Below, piece after piece: positions 28,510 to 38,696 of a DNA stretch of 64,000 nucleotides (position 1 is the stretch's first letter; every line of letters starts with the position of its first letter). Position numbers and translations under genes: made by a program. The notes beneath the pieces were generated by a model that was given only the letters and a program-made list of their open reading frames with translations, made no database searches and had not been told where the DNA came from. Origin of the DNA: an uncultured Gemmataceae bacterium (GTDB lineage: Bacteria; Planctomycetota; Planctomycetia; Gemmatales; Gemmataceae); assembly GCA_963750165.1 (NCBI GenBank), contig CAVVPN010000011.1:1888001-1952000 (forward strand), read 5' to 3'.

Positions 28510-29628
28510 TCATCGTCCGCCATCCATCGGAACGTCGTTTTCCAGTTGCAAGATGGTCAAATAAACCGCGGTCGAATACACCGGGCCGAGGGTGAAGCCG
28601 TTCTGCACGCTCCAGGAACCGTCCGTGGCCTGGGTCTGCACCAGTTCGTCGAAAATCTTGGCCCGATAGCCCGACCAGGTGAGGCGGTCGGCGGCGTCCG
28701 CGCCGAACATCCGATCCCAACCCCGGTCGCCCAGGATGAAGGCCGCCCGGGCGTAGAAATAGTGGGTGAATTCCTCATAACCCTGGCGGGCCTGGTTGTT
28801 GGCCAAACCCAGGCTCAGCGGGGTCCGCTGCCGGCAATACTGTAACCACTTCTGCACGTGCTCATCTTTTTGCTCGGCGAAGTTCAGCACCGCGACCACG
28901 GCGCCCGCGGTCAGGCCGGGCCGTTCGTGCTTCGCCGTGCTGGAGTAGTAGACGCCACCATTCGGCCCGGTGTTGTTGCGCAGGTAAGCCTGGGCTTTCT
29001 TGAGCAACTCTCGGGACACGGGGATGCCGGCGTTGCGGGTGGCCCGCAGCCCGTAAATCTGGGTGATGGTGATGGCACCCTCGTCCTGGTCGAAGCCCGG
29101 TTGCCAGGCGTAGTGCCAGCCGCCCTTGCTCGACTGCGTGCGCTCCAGGTACTTGACGGCCCGGGTGAGCACGTCCTTGCTTTTGTCGCGCGACTCGCGT
29201 TTCGGGTCGTCGCCGTAGGCTCGTGCCAGGAACTCCAGCGCCTGGCCGTGGCCGAACATGGGCCGCGGGTCACGGTCGGGGTTGCCGATGAGCCCGTCGT
29301 GCTCGCCGCCCTTCTGGCTCTGCCGGAGCAGGAAGGCGATGGCTTTTTGCAGATGCCTGGCGTATTTGCCTTCGTGAACCGTGCTGCCCTCCAGCGCCAG
29401 GGCGGTGCCGGCCAGCGCGGTCAGCGGGACCTTGTATTGGCCCTTGACGTCCCAGCTGCCGTCCGCACCCTGCTGCGCCGCCAGCCATTCCAGCCCCCTG
29501 GCGGTGGCCCGGCGGGCCTTGTCCTGCTCGTTCTGGGCCTGAAGGCGCGGTACGACGACGGCCAGCGCCAGCAGCGCGGCGGTCGTGACGACAGCGGTCT
29601 TCAGGAGGGACACCGGGGGAAACTCCAC
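28510..29628 (-). CDS. Secreted prenyltransferase/squalene-oxidase-repeat protein, paralog B
   Basis: RGLEWLAAQQGADGSW, MFGHG, TQSSKGGWHY, QATDGSW. Confidence 0.9.
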   Translation of the reverse strand: MEFPPVSLLKTAVVTTAALLALAVVVPRLQAQNEQDKARRATARGLEWLAAQQGADGSWDVKGQYKVPLTALAGTALALEGSTVHEGKYARHLQKAIAFLLRQSQKGGEHDGLIGNPDRDPRPMFGHGQALEFLARAYGDDPKRESRDKSKDVLTRAVKYLERTQSSKGGWHYAWQPGFDQDEGAITITQIYGLRATRNAGIPVSRELLKKAQAYLRNNTGPNGGVYYSSTAKHERPGLTAGAVVAVLNFAEQKDEHVQKWLQYCRQRTPLSLGLANNQARQGYEEFTHYFYARAAFILGDRGWDRMFGADAADRLTWSGYRAKIFDELVQTQATDGSWSVQNGFTLGPVYSTAVYLTILQLENDVPMDGGR

Positions 29629-29651
29629 CTTGATAAAACTCGATTGATCCT

Positions 29652-29703
29652 GGCGCGAAACGATAAATCAAGAGTAATGAGGCTCGATTTATCGTTTCGC
29701 GCC
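29652..29703. repeat. 18-bp inverted repeat GGCGCGAAACGATAAATC, copy 1
   Basis: Same arms at 58470-58516 but in the opposite order. Confidence 0.85.
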
Positions 29704-29711
29704 GGCTGGGT

Positions 29712-30861
29712 TCAGCGCTGGTATATCGGCAGTGTGCCCTTGTCGAGTTGCATCACTGTCAGGTACAGCGCCGTCGTGTAGACCGGGCCGATGCCGTAGC
29801 CGCCCTGCGACCAGCTGCCGTCCTTGGACTGCATCTGAACCAGGCGGTCGAACAGCTGGGCGCGGTAGGCCGTCCAGGTGACCTTCTCGTCACCCTTGCC
29901 CTGGCCGAACAGCTTCTCCCAACCGGTGTCGCCAAGCATGTACACCGCCTGGGCGTAGTAGTAGTGCGTGTACTCATCGTGGCCGAAGCGGACGCCGCCG
30001 CCGTTGATCGGGATGGCGTCCTTGCAGTACTTGAACCACTTGATGACGTACTCGTTGTTCTCCTTCTTGAAGTCGCCGGCGCTGAAGAAGCAGGCGATGG
30101 CGGCGGCGGTCAGCGGCGGTCGTTCGCCGCCCGCGGGGGCCTTCATGCCGCCGCGACCCAGGCTGTACACCACGCCGCCGCGCTCCGTCGTCGAGTGCTT
30201 CAGGTAGTCCTGCGCCTTCTTGACAAAGTCGCGTGGCACCGGAATGCCGGCGTTGCGGGCGGCACGCAGCGCCTGCATCTGCGTCACTGTCACGGAGCCC
30301 TCGTCGCTGTCGTGACCGTCGGCCTTGGAGGTGTAGTACCAGCCGCCCTGCGTCGATTGGGCGTTGCCGATGTACTTCACGCCGCGGGCGATCACGTCCT
30401 TCAGTTCGGCGCGGCGTTTGGCGTTGCCCTCGTCGCCGTAGACCGACGCCAGGAACATCACCGCGAAGCCGTGGCCGTACATGTAGCGCGTCGCCTCATC
30501 GCGGTTCTCGAAGTCGGCGATCAGGCCGTCGCGCTGGTTGCCCTTCTGGCTCATGCGCATCAGGAAGTTGACCGCCCGCTCGATCTGCTTGGAATACTTG
30601 CCGTCCTTGATGGTGCTGCCCTCCATGAGCAGCGCCATGCCAGCCAGGGCGGTCATGGCGACCTTGTGCTGGGCGCCGCCGGCGCTCCAGTAGCCTTCCT
30701 TCTTGTCGTCGCTGACGGTCTGCTTCTCGGCCAGCCACTTCAGGCCGGCTTCCACGTTGGGGCGATATTTCTTGGGGATCTCGTCCGCCCGCGCGCGGCG
30801 TGCTCGCCAGCAGCACCGCCACGCCGCACGCCAGAACCGCACTCCACGCCTTGGTCTTCAT
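29712..30861 (-). CDS. Secreted prenyltransferase/squalene-oxidase-repeat protein, paralog C (apparent 2-nt frameshift near 30795)
   Basis: The MKTKAWSAVLACGVAVLLASTPRA signal joins RADEIPKKYR if one CG is restored; AQSTQGGWYY, QSKDGSW, QLDKGTLPIYQR. Confidence 0.88.
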
Positions 30862-30977
30862 GTGTCCGTTACTCCTCGAACCACGTTCCCGGAACGAGAA
30901 CCTATCCCCTTCTGGTATGACGAACCACTGAACATTTCCTGACCAGTGATCTGCACGAAAATGTTCGGCCCCGTTTC

Positions 30978-31029
30978 TCTGCCGCTTGCGGCTTGGCGCA
31001 TGGAGCGCGCCAAGCCGCAAGTGGCGGAA
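30978..31029. repeat. REP-like hairpin (TGCCGCTTGCGGCTT family)
   Basis: TCTGCCGCTTGCGGCTTGGCGC..GCGCCAAGCCGCAAGTGGCGGA. Confidence 0.75.
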
Positions 31030-31038
31030 CAGACGGGT

Positions 31039-34000
31039 TCAGCGCTTCAGCGCCCGCATGAGGCGTGCTCCCCCGCCGGGCGCCGCGACGCCCTGCAGGG
31101 CCGCCGGTTGACCGCCGCCCTGCGGGGCCAGTGCCGCGTTGTCCTTGCGGCCGTCGTCGAGGTAAATTTGCTCGACGAACCCGTTGCCGACCAGGTTGAT
31201 GGTGCCCGCCTTCACGTCCACCGTGAAGGCGTTGAACTTGGAGAGAGTGGTATTGGGGGCAGTCTCCGTCTTGGCCGGCCAGGAGATGGTCCGGCCGTCG
31301 TCCGTCTTGCTGAAGACCGCCGTCTGCCAGACGCCCTGCTGACCTGGTTGGATCGGCTGGTTCGGCTGGAACGGCCGCACGTAGCGCGAACTGAAGACCA
31401 GCACCGGCAGGCTGCGGAACTGCTCCACCACAATCATCTGGTTCTGGACCTCTTCGCACAGGTGCCAGAGGAACTCGCCCTTGCCATCGATGCAGCAGAA
31501 CCAACCGTTGACCAGGTGGCAGCGCACGCCGTTGTTGAAGTTCGACGACACCACGCCGCCAGCGACCCGCCGCGTGTCGATCGGCTGGTTGAGCGCCACG
31601 TAGAAGTGCTCGGCGTCTCGCAGCAACAGCGGCCTGTGCAGGGTCTTGATGACCTCCGGCGTCACCTTGAACTGGACGAGGTTGCTCTTGACCAGCTCGC
31701 GCCGCGCTTTCAGGTCGATGACCGTCAGCACGCCCTTGGGGTTGATGACGCCGGCCAGGTATGGGTCTTCCGTCTCGCACACCACGGTGCCGTTGTCGAA
31801 CACCTGCTTGTACAGGTCCTGGCCGGTGAGCACGTCGTACAGCCGCAGCGTCAGGCCGTTGTTCGGGTCGGCCACCACCAGAGTGCGGCCGAGAATCCGC
31901 AGCCGATGCTTGAACATCGGCCCAAAATCCTTGACCTCAACAGGTGCGCCGTCCACCGCTCGCACCGCCCGACCGGGGCCGGCCACCAGGCCGCCGGGCG
32001 TCATCTCGATCATGTAAATGTTCTGGTCGTCGCCGAAAATCTCGGTCTGCGGCGGCACGCTCAGCTTCGTCCACAGCACGCCGCCGCGCAACGGATCCAG
32101 GACCACCAGGCCCTTCTGCGTCGTCAGCGCCACGTAGGACGCCTCCACGGCGCCGATGTGGCCGACGCGCGTCTTGACCACCATCTGGCCGACGTTGTTG
32201 TTGACGACGTACCAGAGCGTACCGTCGTTGTTCTGGTTGAGGTTGTCGGTGATGATCTGGGCGCTTGGGTGCTGGTGTGCCGCGTCCAGGACGCTGTACT
32301 TCCAGAGCAGCTGGCCGGCGCCGGCGTCCACGCCATAGACCATCGTGCCCACCTGCACCACCGCCAGATGGCCCTTGGCCTGGTAGAAGCGAAAGCGGGC
32401 GTTCGGGTGGAAGGCGGCGTTGCGGTCTGCCTGGTTCAGCAGGTAGTTGAAGAATTGCAAATTGCGCGGCTCGTTGCCCAGACCGAGCCGCCACGCCTCC
32501 TTGCCGGTGCTGACATTGACCAGCGCCAGCGCCGGGTTGGCGTAGGGGTAGGTGCCGGGGTGCAGCGTCAGGCGGTGCTGCCGCAGGAACGGCGAGAAGT
32601 CGCCGGTAGGCGACAGCGTGAAACCCTGGTAGGGGGTGCCACCCGTGCCCTGCACGACGCGGTGCTTCAGGTCCGTGCGCGCCCACAATACCGCCTCGTC
32701 CTCCAGGTGGTTGAGCACGCGCTTGTCCTGGCTGAGTTCGTTGAACAGGTCCTGGCCGGTCTTGCCGTCGCGCACCACCACCTTGCCGAACTCCTCGGCC
32801 AGCTGGCGGTAGTAGGCGGCCGACTGCCGCAGAGCCTCATCGCTGCCCTGCTTCAGCGCCTCGGTGCCGGCCTTGCGCTTCTCCAGCCGCGCGAGCATTT
32901 CCAGGGCCATGCCGCCGATCTTCGGGTCGGTCCTGAACGCGCCGACACGCAACTGCTGCAGGGCCAGCTCCGCCTCCAGAAAGGCGCCCGGCGTCTTGCG
33001 CGCGGTGAGCACGTCGGCCAACCGCAGCCGGGCGTCGCGGCCTACCTTGAACGGCACGTCGAACATGCCGACGAAGTTGCGAATCTCCTCCAGGTCGTTC
33101 TTGGCCGCCACCTGCGTCCACTCCGCTTCGACCTGTTTCTCCAGGGCGGCGCGCTGCTCCGCCTTGACCTTGTCGCTGGCGAACATGTGACTGATGCGGC
33201 CGCGCAGCCAGACGTTGGTCGGAATCTTGGTCAGCGGGTCTTCCAGCGACGGCACCCCCTCCAGCTTGAACAGCGGCAGGTTGCCGAACGCCCGGTACGC
33301 CTTGAACGCCTCGACCAGGTTGCCCTGCGCCTCGCGGCCCTGACCGATGATGCGCAGCCGGCCCGCCTCGCGGCGCTGCCGATCCTCGTCGTTGGCACCG
33401 AGCTTGCACAACACGGCGTACTCGTCGAGATACTTGACGCTGGCCCGGTCGAAGTCGGTTTCCAGCAGCGAGGTCAGCGCCTCGTACAACTTCTGGTTCA
33501 CCTTGTCGGCCAGTTCCTGCGGCGGCTTCTTGTCGCGGACAATGCGCAGGTCGTTGACCGCCTCCTGCACCTTACCGTCCGCCAACAGCAATGCGCCGCG
33601 CAGGAAACGCTTCTCCAGGTTGTTCGGATCCTTCTCCAGCGCGGCTTTCGCCAGGTTCAGCTTGGCGGTTAGCTGCGGGTAAGCGACGATGCTGGCCGGC
33701 GTCTGCGACAGGACGGCGCCTTCGTAGAAGACGAGGTTGCCGGGCGACGGGTTGTCCGGGCCGACCGGCACGGCGGAGCGGTTGTGCGTGGCCCGGCGGC
33801 GCGGCACGTCGATGGTGAGGATTTCGCCCTTTTGCAACGGCAGGTAATAAATATTGTTGCTGGCGACGCCCTGACCGGAGGGCATGTCGCCGGTGGGCAG
33901 ACTGCCCATCACCGCGCCGTCGGCCAGGCGCAGGAAGCGGACGCTGGTCTTGCCGACGACGAGCACCTGATCCTTGAAGACGCCGGCCAGGAACAGGTCG

Positions 34001-36060
34001 TTGTCCTGGCGCGGGTTGTCCCAGACCTTCTCGCCGTCGCGCAGGTTGATGCAGTGAACAGCCTTGGCGTCGGGAGCGGTGAAGACCACCTTGCCGTCGG
34101 CGATGACCGGCGGCGACGCCTTCCAGTTCTCATAGGTCAGGGCCATGGTGCGGTTGCCGTTGCCGCCGAACTTGGTGTCCACCAGCGAGTTCGGCGCCGG
34201 GTCGCCCTGGCGATAGGGGTAGGCCCAGGCCAGGCTGCGCGTCAGCAGATCGACGCCGAAGACGTGGCCGGCGTTGGTCGGGCACACCAGGATGCCCTCG
34301 CCGTAGGCCAGGTGGACGGCGGTGGCGCGGCGGCTGATGTCGTACAGGACGCGGAACTCCTTGCTGACCTTGCCCAGCTCCTGAATCGGCGGGATGACGG
34401 TGCCCTTGTGGGGATCGATGCACACCAGGCGGAGGGTGCCGTCGTTCTTCTCGTTGAGCACGTAGAGCTTGCCGGCGACCGGCAGCGGGGCGCCGAGGAA
34501 GTGGCTGTTGTGGAACGGGTCTTCGGTATCGACTTTCTTGGTATCGAAGCCGAGGCCGAGCCGCCAGGCCAGCTTGCCGGTGTCCAGCTCGAACGCCTGC
34601 AAGTTGTTCCAGTAGACGCGCGGCTTCACGTCCTCGTCGAACTGACCGGTGGGCCGCTGGACGTTGGTCGAGAGGAAGGCGGGCGGGATCGGGATCGCCA
34701 GGTCATCGACGGCGAACACGTACTTGTGGTCGGTGGACAGGGTGCCGACCTTGGTGTTCTCGTACACCAGGTTGATGAAACCGGAGTTCAGGTACGTGCC
34801 GAGCAGCCAGCTTTCGATGTTGGGGCGGACCTGGTTCTTGCCGTTCGGGTCGAACAGGACGCCCAGGCTGCCCTCGAAGGGCGTGGACTTCCACTCGATG
34901 TCGCCGGGCTTGTTCACGGTCCCGTCGGCGTCCTTGGTCTCCTTGAGGAAAACGGTGGTGATGCCGGCGTAAGTGCGGTAAATGAGTCTGCCGTTGGAGG
35001 TGATCGGGAAGGCGCCCGGCATGATCGCGGCGTTGACCTGACCGCGGTAGGTCTGCAGGGCCTTGTCGATCCACTCCTTGGCGCGCGGCGACGGGTCGGC
35101 GGGGTCGTCCTTGGCCATCTGGTCCATGATGGTGGGCCGCGACCAGAGTTTCTCGTCGAGCAGCGGCGGACTGCCGGTGGCCTGGGCGGTGTTGGTCAGG
35201 TTGCCCCCCACCCAGGGCCGGTCGTGGGGGTTGTTGCTGACGACCACGGCCGGGATGTCGTCGAGCACTTTCTGCAACTTCGCGACGGCGACCACCTCGT
35301 CGCCGACCTTCAGGCCGCCCCCCTTGAGGCGTTTCAGAAGGCGGTTCCAGGCGACCTTGGTATTCTCCAGGTCGCCGGCGCGGCGGTGGGCGAGCGCGGC
35401 CTTGAAGAGCACCAGGTCGCTCAGTTTGGCGCGCTCGTCGCGCAGGCCGAGCAGGCGCTCGAAGTGCAGCGACGCCTTGAAGAACTGGCCGCGGTCGAGG
35501 AAATAGGTCGCCAGCAGTTCGTTGGCCTCAATGCCGGCCTTCGTGTTCATGTAGCGCTGGGCGACCTCGGCGAGCATTTTCACATCGCCCTTTTTCTTGG
35601 CGTCGTTGAGCAGGTCGCGGGCCTTGCCGCCCTTTTCGCGTTCGTAGGTGTCGAGGCCCTTGTCGTCCATGCCGCTGAGCAGGCGGTTGGCCTCGATCTT
35701 GACGCTGACGGAGCGGGTCCGTGCCTCGTTGGTGCGCGGGTCGCGGTGCGTGACCTCAGCGTAGAAGTCCTTGTCACTGTCAAGGATGTTCTGGAGGAAG
35801 ACGATCGCACGCTTGTATTCTGGCGACTTGCTCTTGAGAACAGCGTGGGCGACGGTGATCCACTCCTGATACTGATCGTTCTCGACGAGCTTGATGGCGC
35901 TCCAGACCTTATCGGGGTCCTTGGGGGCGGGCGGCGGCGGCGGCTGCGGTTGCTTGAACTGGCCGGCGGCGGGTTCGGGGGTGCAGAGCAGGGCGGTCAA
36001 AAACGCGGACAGAACCACGACCGCGGCGACGGCCGTGGCAACGCGACGTGTATACATCAT
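31039..36060 (-). CDS. Large secreted PQQ-like (BamB-type) beta-propeller + TPR protein
   Basis: Signal from MMYTRRVATAV; repeated FELDTGKLAW, CINLRDGEKVW, GVDAGAGQLLW blades; TPR-like helices; about 1670 aa. Confidence 0.85.
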   Translation of the reverse strand: MMYTRRVATAVAAVVVLSAFLTALLCTPEPAAGQFKQPQPPPPPAPKDPDKVWSAIKLVENDQYQEWITVAHAVLKSKSPEYKRAIVFLQNILDSDKDFYAEVTHRDPRTNEARTRSVSVKIEANRLLSGMDDKGLDTYEREKGGKARDLLNDAKKKGDVKMLAEVAQRYMNTKAGIEANELLATYFLDRGQFFKASLHFERLLGLRDERAKLSDLVLFKAALAHRRAGDLENTKVAWNRLLKRLKGGGLKVGDEVVAVAKLQKVLDDIPAVVVSNNPHDRPWVGGNLTNTAQATGSPPLLDEKLWSRPTIMDQMAKDDPADPSPRAKEWIDKALQTYRGQVNAAIMPGAFPITSNGRLIYRTYAGITTVFLKETKDADGTVNKPGDIEWKSTPFEGSLGVLFDPNGKNQVRPNIESWLLGTYLNSGFINLVYENTKVGTLSTDHKYVFAVDDLAIPIPPAFLSTNVQRPTGQFDEDVKPRVYWNNLQAFELDTGKLAWRLGLGFDTKKVDTEDPFHNSHFLGAPLPVAGKLYVLNEKNDGTLRLVCIDPHKGTVIPPIQELGKVSKEFRVLYDISRRATAVHLAYGEGILVCPTNAGHVFGVDLLTRSLAWAYPYRQGDPAPNSLVDTKFGGNGNRTMALTYENWKASPPVIADGKVVFTAPDAKAVHCINLRDGEKVWDNPRQDNDLFLAGVFKDQVLVVGKTSVRFLRLADGAVMGSLPTGDMPSGQGVASNNIYYLPLQKGEILTIDVPRRRATHNRSAVPVGPDNPSPGNLVFYEGAVLSQTPASIVAYPQLTAKLNLAKAALEKDPNNLEKRFLRGALLLADGKVQEAVNDLRIVRDKKPPQELADKVNQKLYEALTSLLETDFDRASVKYLDEYAVLCKLGANDEDRQRREAGRLRIIGQGREAQGNLVEAFKAYRAFGNLPLFKLEGVPSLEDPLTKIPTNVWLRGRISHMFASDKVKAEQRAALEKQVEAEWTQVAAKNDLEEIRNFVGMFDVPFKVGRDARLRLADVLTARKTPGAFLEAELALQQLRVGAFRTDPKIGGMALEMLARLEKRKAGTEALKQGSDEALRQSAAYYRQLAEEFGKVVVRDGKTGQDLFNELSQDKRVLNHLEDEAVLWARTDLKHRVVQGTGGTPYQGFTLSPTGDFSPFLRQHRLTLHPGTYPYANPALALVNVSTGKEAWRLGLGNEPRNLQFFNYLLNQADRNAAFHPNARFRFYQAKGHLAVVQVGTMVYGVDAGAGQLLWKYSVLDAAHQHPSAQIITDNLNQNNDGTLWYVVNNNVGQMVVKTRVGHIGAVEASYVALTTQKGLVVLDPLRGGVLWTKLSVPPQTEIFGDDQNIYMIEMTPGGLVAGPGRAVRAVDGAPVEVKDFGPMFKHRLRILGRTLVVADPNNGLTLRLYDVLTGQDLYKQVFDNGTVVCETEDPYLAGVINPKGVLTVIDLKARRELVKSNLVQFKVTPEVIKTLHRPLLLRDAEHFYVALNQPIDTRRVAGGVVSSNFNNGVRCHLVNGWFCCIDGKGEFLWHLCEEVQNQMIVVEQFRSLPVLVFSSRYVRPFQPNQPIQPGQQGVWQTAVFSKTDDGRTISWPAKTETAPNTTLSKFNAFTVDVKAGTINLVGNGFVEQIYLDDGRKDNAALAPQGGGQPAALQGVAAPGGGARLMRALKR

Positions 36061-36157
36061 CACCAGGGATCTCCCGATTCTTAAAAGCGAGTCGGCGGTC
36101 GTGGTGGCGCCGGTGGTGAGGCGGCCGGGCGGAAGCCGTGGGGGCCGGCGGCGGCAA

Positions 36158-36472
36158 TTATTTTCTGATTGTTGCAAAGTACCGGCGCCTTGGCAAGCGT
36201 AATCCCCCTGGGAGGCGCCGATTCGTTGCGGCTGCGGCGCCATCGTTTCGAGCGAACCGGCATCGGGTCAAGGGGTAGACGAACGCTACGCCACGGGTTA
36301 ACAGGAAACCGTGGTGCAGGCGGATGAGCGGGTCCACCAGCCTGGTCGGGACGGCAAACCGCGGCACCGACACGGTGACCGACTTCTGCCCGGCGGTCAG
36401 GTTGAAGCACGACCCGTCGGCCGCGAACCACAGGGCCGTGGGGTTGGTGATCCCGGAGGTCGGCACCGTCAT
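36158..36472 (-). CDS. Possible small hypothetical protein or gene remnant
   Basis: Strong GC3 bias from MTVPTSGITNP for about 55 codons, then decays; overlaps the candidate promoter. Confidence 0.3.
   Translation of the reverse strand: MTVPTSGITNPTALWFAADGSCFNLTAGQKSVTVSVPRFAVPTRLVDPLIRLHHGFLLTRGVAFVYPLTRCRFARNDGAAAATNRRLPGGLRLPRRRYFATIRK
36168..36196 (-). promoter_or_regulatory. Possible sigma70-type promoter for the minus-strand cluster
   Basis: TTGCCA-N17-AACAAT with an extended -10 TG, about 110 bp upstream of the first gene, in an AT-rich patch. Confidence 0.3.
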
Positions 36473-36703
36473 GAGCAGGTCGCCGCCGCTAAAGCTGCCA
36501 TCCTCCCGGCATGAAAAAGGAACCATCGCTCATCGACCGGATTTATTTCGATCCGGTGGTGGGCGCCGTTACCGGGAAGAACACGGGCGAATAAGCTAAT
36601 GGAATGAAGTCCGGCGTAACAGCCAGGGATGGTAGCGGGAGTGTCCGTGGCAGCACCCGCCGACGACCCGGGCGGGAAGTGACGCAGCACAAGGAGCCGT
36701 TCC

Positions 36704-37498
36704 ATGAAAATCTGGTTGGCCGCACTGGCGCTCGGCGTCGCGGCAGGCCCGGCGTTCGGCCAGGGGCCGCAGTACCGGGCCGCCGTCACCGCCGCGGCCC
36801 GCGAACTGAACCATGAGATCGACCTCTTCCAGCAGGCCTTTCTCCAGGACCCCAGCCCGCCCGAACAGAACCGCGGCATCTTCAAGCAATCCGAGGGCGT
36901 CCGCCTCGCGTTGATCGTCTTCAAGCAGCAGCTCGGCCGCAACGTGTCGCGCGATGACCTGTACGTCGCCTTCGACAAGGTGGACGGCCAGCTGAAGGCC
37001 CTGCTCGAAGCAGTTGGGCCGATGGAGAAGTGGAACGCCGGCGTCAAGCTGGCGGCGCACCGTCTCCAGGCCGCCGGCCACGACCTGCAGTTCGCCGTCA
37101 CCGGCGGCGACGCCGCCCCCGCCCGCGCCGGCCAGGCCGTGTATCGCCAGACCCTGGCCCTGCTCGCGCGCACCGAGGATTTGCAGCGCGCCGTCAACTG
37201 GGTCTTCACGGAGCGGCCGCCCCTGCAAGCCTGGACCGCCGACGTGACCGTCCTCAGTCGAGCCCTGAAGGCGTTCCAGAAACTGCAACAGGACAAGGCA
37301 CCAGTGGCGGACCTGAAGACGCAGTTCGCCAAGGTGCTCAAGGTCTGGGACGGCATCTACGCCCGCTGGGATGCGTCCGCGGACAAGCTGCTGCTGCAGG
37401 CGGCGGTCGCCGGCGTGGACCGCGGCCTGGACCGGCTGGCGCCGGTTCTCGGCGTCAAGGATCGCCGGCCGCCGCTGAGCCCCAACCTCTTCGATTAG
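36704..37498 (+). CDS. Secreted all-helical hypothetical protein
   Basis: AAGGAG RBS, signal MKIWLAALALGVAAGPAFG, good codon bias. Confidence 0.8.
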   Translation: MKIWLAALALGVAAGPAFGQGPQYRAAVTAAARELNHEIDLFQQAFLQDPSPPEQNRGIFKQSEGVRLALIVFKQQLGRNVSRDDLYVAFDKVDGQLKALLEAVGPMEKWNAGVKLAAHRLQAAGHDLQFAVTGGDAAPARAGQAVYRQTLALLARTEDLQRAVNWVFTERPPLQAWTADVTVLSRALKAFQKLQQDKAPVADLKTQFAKVLKVWDGIYARWDASADKLLLQAAVAGVDRGLDRLAPVLGVKDRRPPLSPNLFD

Positions 37499-37876
37499 CG
37501 CGGTTCGCAGTTGTGTGGAGCACGAACGGCAGGCCAGTGCTCCCGAACCGTCCTGCAAACTGCGCGAGCCGCTCCCAGGCTCGAATCTCGACGTGTGAAA
37601 AAGTTGGCCCCCTTGGCCTCCTTGGCCCCCTTGCTGTGGCAATGCAGGCCGCTGGAGGTCAGCCCGTGCCCGCCGCCACTTGTGCGCAAACCGTGCGTGA
37701 ACCGCTCCAGGATCGAACGAGCAACCCGGCTCAGGTGTCCGAGCCCGGGCTTTTCCATACAATCACGGTCGCTGAGGTGCGGCGCTCGGTTCCGACTATC
37801 CCATCTACCGCACCCGAGCAGAGCAAATGCTGGTTGTCTTGTTGGCAACCTGTCTTCCCCAACCAGGAGGTGCGTC

Positions 37877-38221
37877 ATGCGTTTCGCGTGGAAGGGTGCC
37901 GTGGTGCTGGCCGTGGTGTTGGCGCTGATCGGCGGTGTCGTGATCGGCATCAATGTGTCGCAGCCTGTGGCCGCCCAGCAGGGCGGTGGCGGTGGCGGTG
38001 GCGGCGGTGGCGGCCCGCGGTACTCCGTCGTTCATACCGAGGGCACGAATTTGATCGTGGTCGATAACAAGGTCAACATCATCTATTTCTACACCATCGA
38101 TCCGGACGAGAAGCCCGGGGCGGATCTGATCCTGCGCGGCGAGGCGAACCTGAACCAGGTCGGCAAGGACAAGATCACCCCGAAGCTGATCCACCCCAAG
38201 AAGAAGGAGGGCAGGAAATGA
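37877..38221 (+). CDS. Small exported protein with a poly-Gly linker
   Basis: AGGAGG RBS, MRFAWKGAVVLAVVL, G10 tract, RYSVVHTEGTNLIVVDN. Confidence 0.75.
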   Translation: MRFAWKGAVVLAVVLALIGGVVIGINVSQPVAAQQGGGGGGGGGGGPRYSVVHTEGTNLIVVDNKVNIIYFYTIDPDEKPGADLILRGEANLNQVGKDKITPKLIHPKKKEGRK

Positions 38222-38583
38222 ACCGCACCCAAGGAATGCTGCTGTTCCTGAGCTGTGCCGTTCTGCTGGCGCTGACGCCAGCGGTGAATGCCCAGTCTAG
38301 CGGCGGTTATGTCGCTTACCGGAACCCCTACACCGGCCAGGTGAGCGCCAGCGGCGGCGGTTACAACCCCTACACTGGCGGCTACAGGCAAGGCGCCGCG
38401 ACGTACAACCCCAACACTGGCGGCGGGGGGAGAACCACCAGCGGTTACAACCCGTACACCGGCAACGACTTCAGCCGCACCGCGGTTCGCAACCCCTACA
38501 CGGGGGGGTACGCCGCCACCACGCAACGCTACAATCCGTACACTGGCGGGTACGGTCAACGCACCGCCGTGTATCGGCGCTGA
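38218..38583 (+). CDS. Small secreted protein with six [YR]NPYTG repeats
   Basis: ATGA overlap with the upstream gene; signal ending AVNA; exact 14-aa period. Confidence 0.8.
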   Translation: MNRTQGMLLFLSCAVLLALTPAVNAQSSGGYVAYRNPYTGQVSASGGGYNPYTGGYRQGAATYNPNTGGGGRTTSGYNPYTGNDFSRTAVRNPYTGGYAATTQRYNPYTGGYGQRTAVYRR

Positions 38584-38619
38584 GCATGTGGGGGGGATAG
38601 GACGTACAGGACTTCCGCT

Positions 38620-38651
38620 GTTGTGGCCTGGTCTCCGGACCAGGCCACAAC
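38620..38651. repeat. GTGG-type REP palindrome
   Basis: GTTGTGGCCTGGTCTCCGGACCAGGCCACAAC. Confidence 0.8.
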
Positions 38652-38696
38652 ACATTCCTATGCCCCCGCAACGTCAACCTTCAGAAAGACCTCGTC

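Noticed and set aside
27307..30861. Hopanoid/sterol cyclase or terpene biosynthetic cluster
   Set aside because: The proteins are about half the size of squalene-hopene cyclase, carry signal peptides, lack DxDD, and have no isoprenoid genes nearby.
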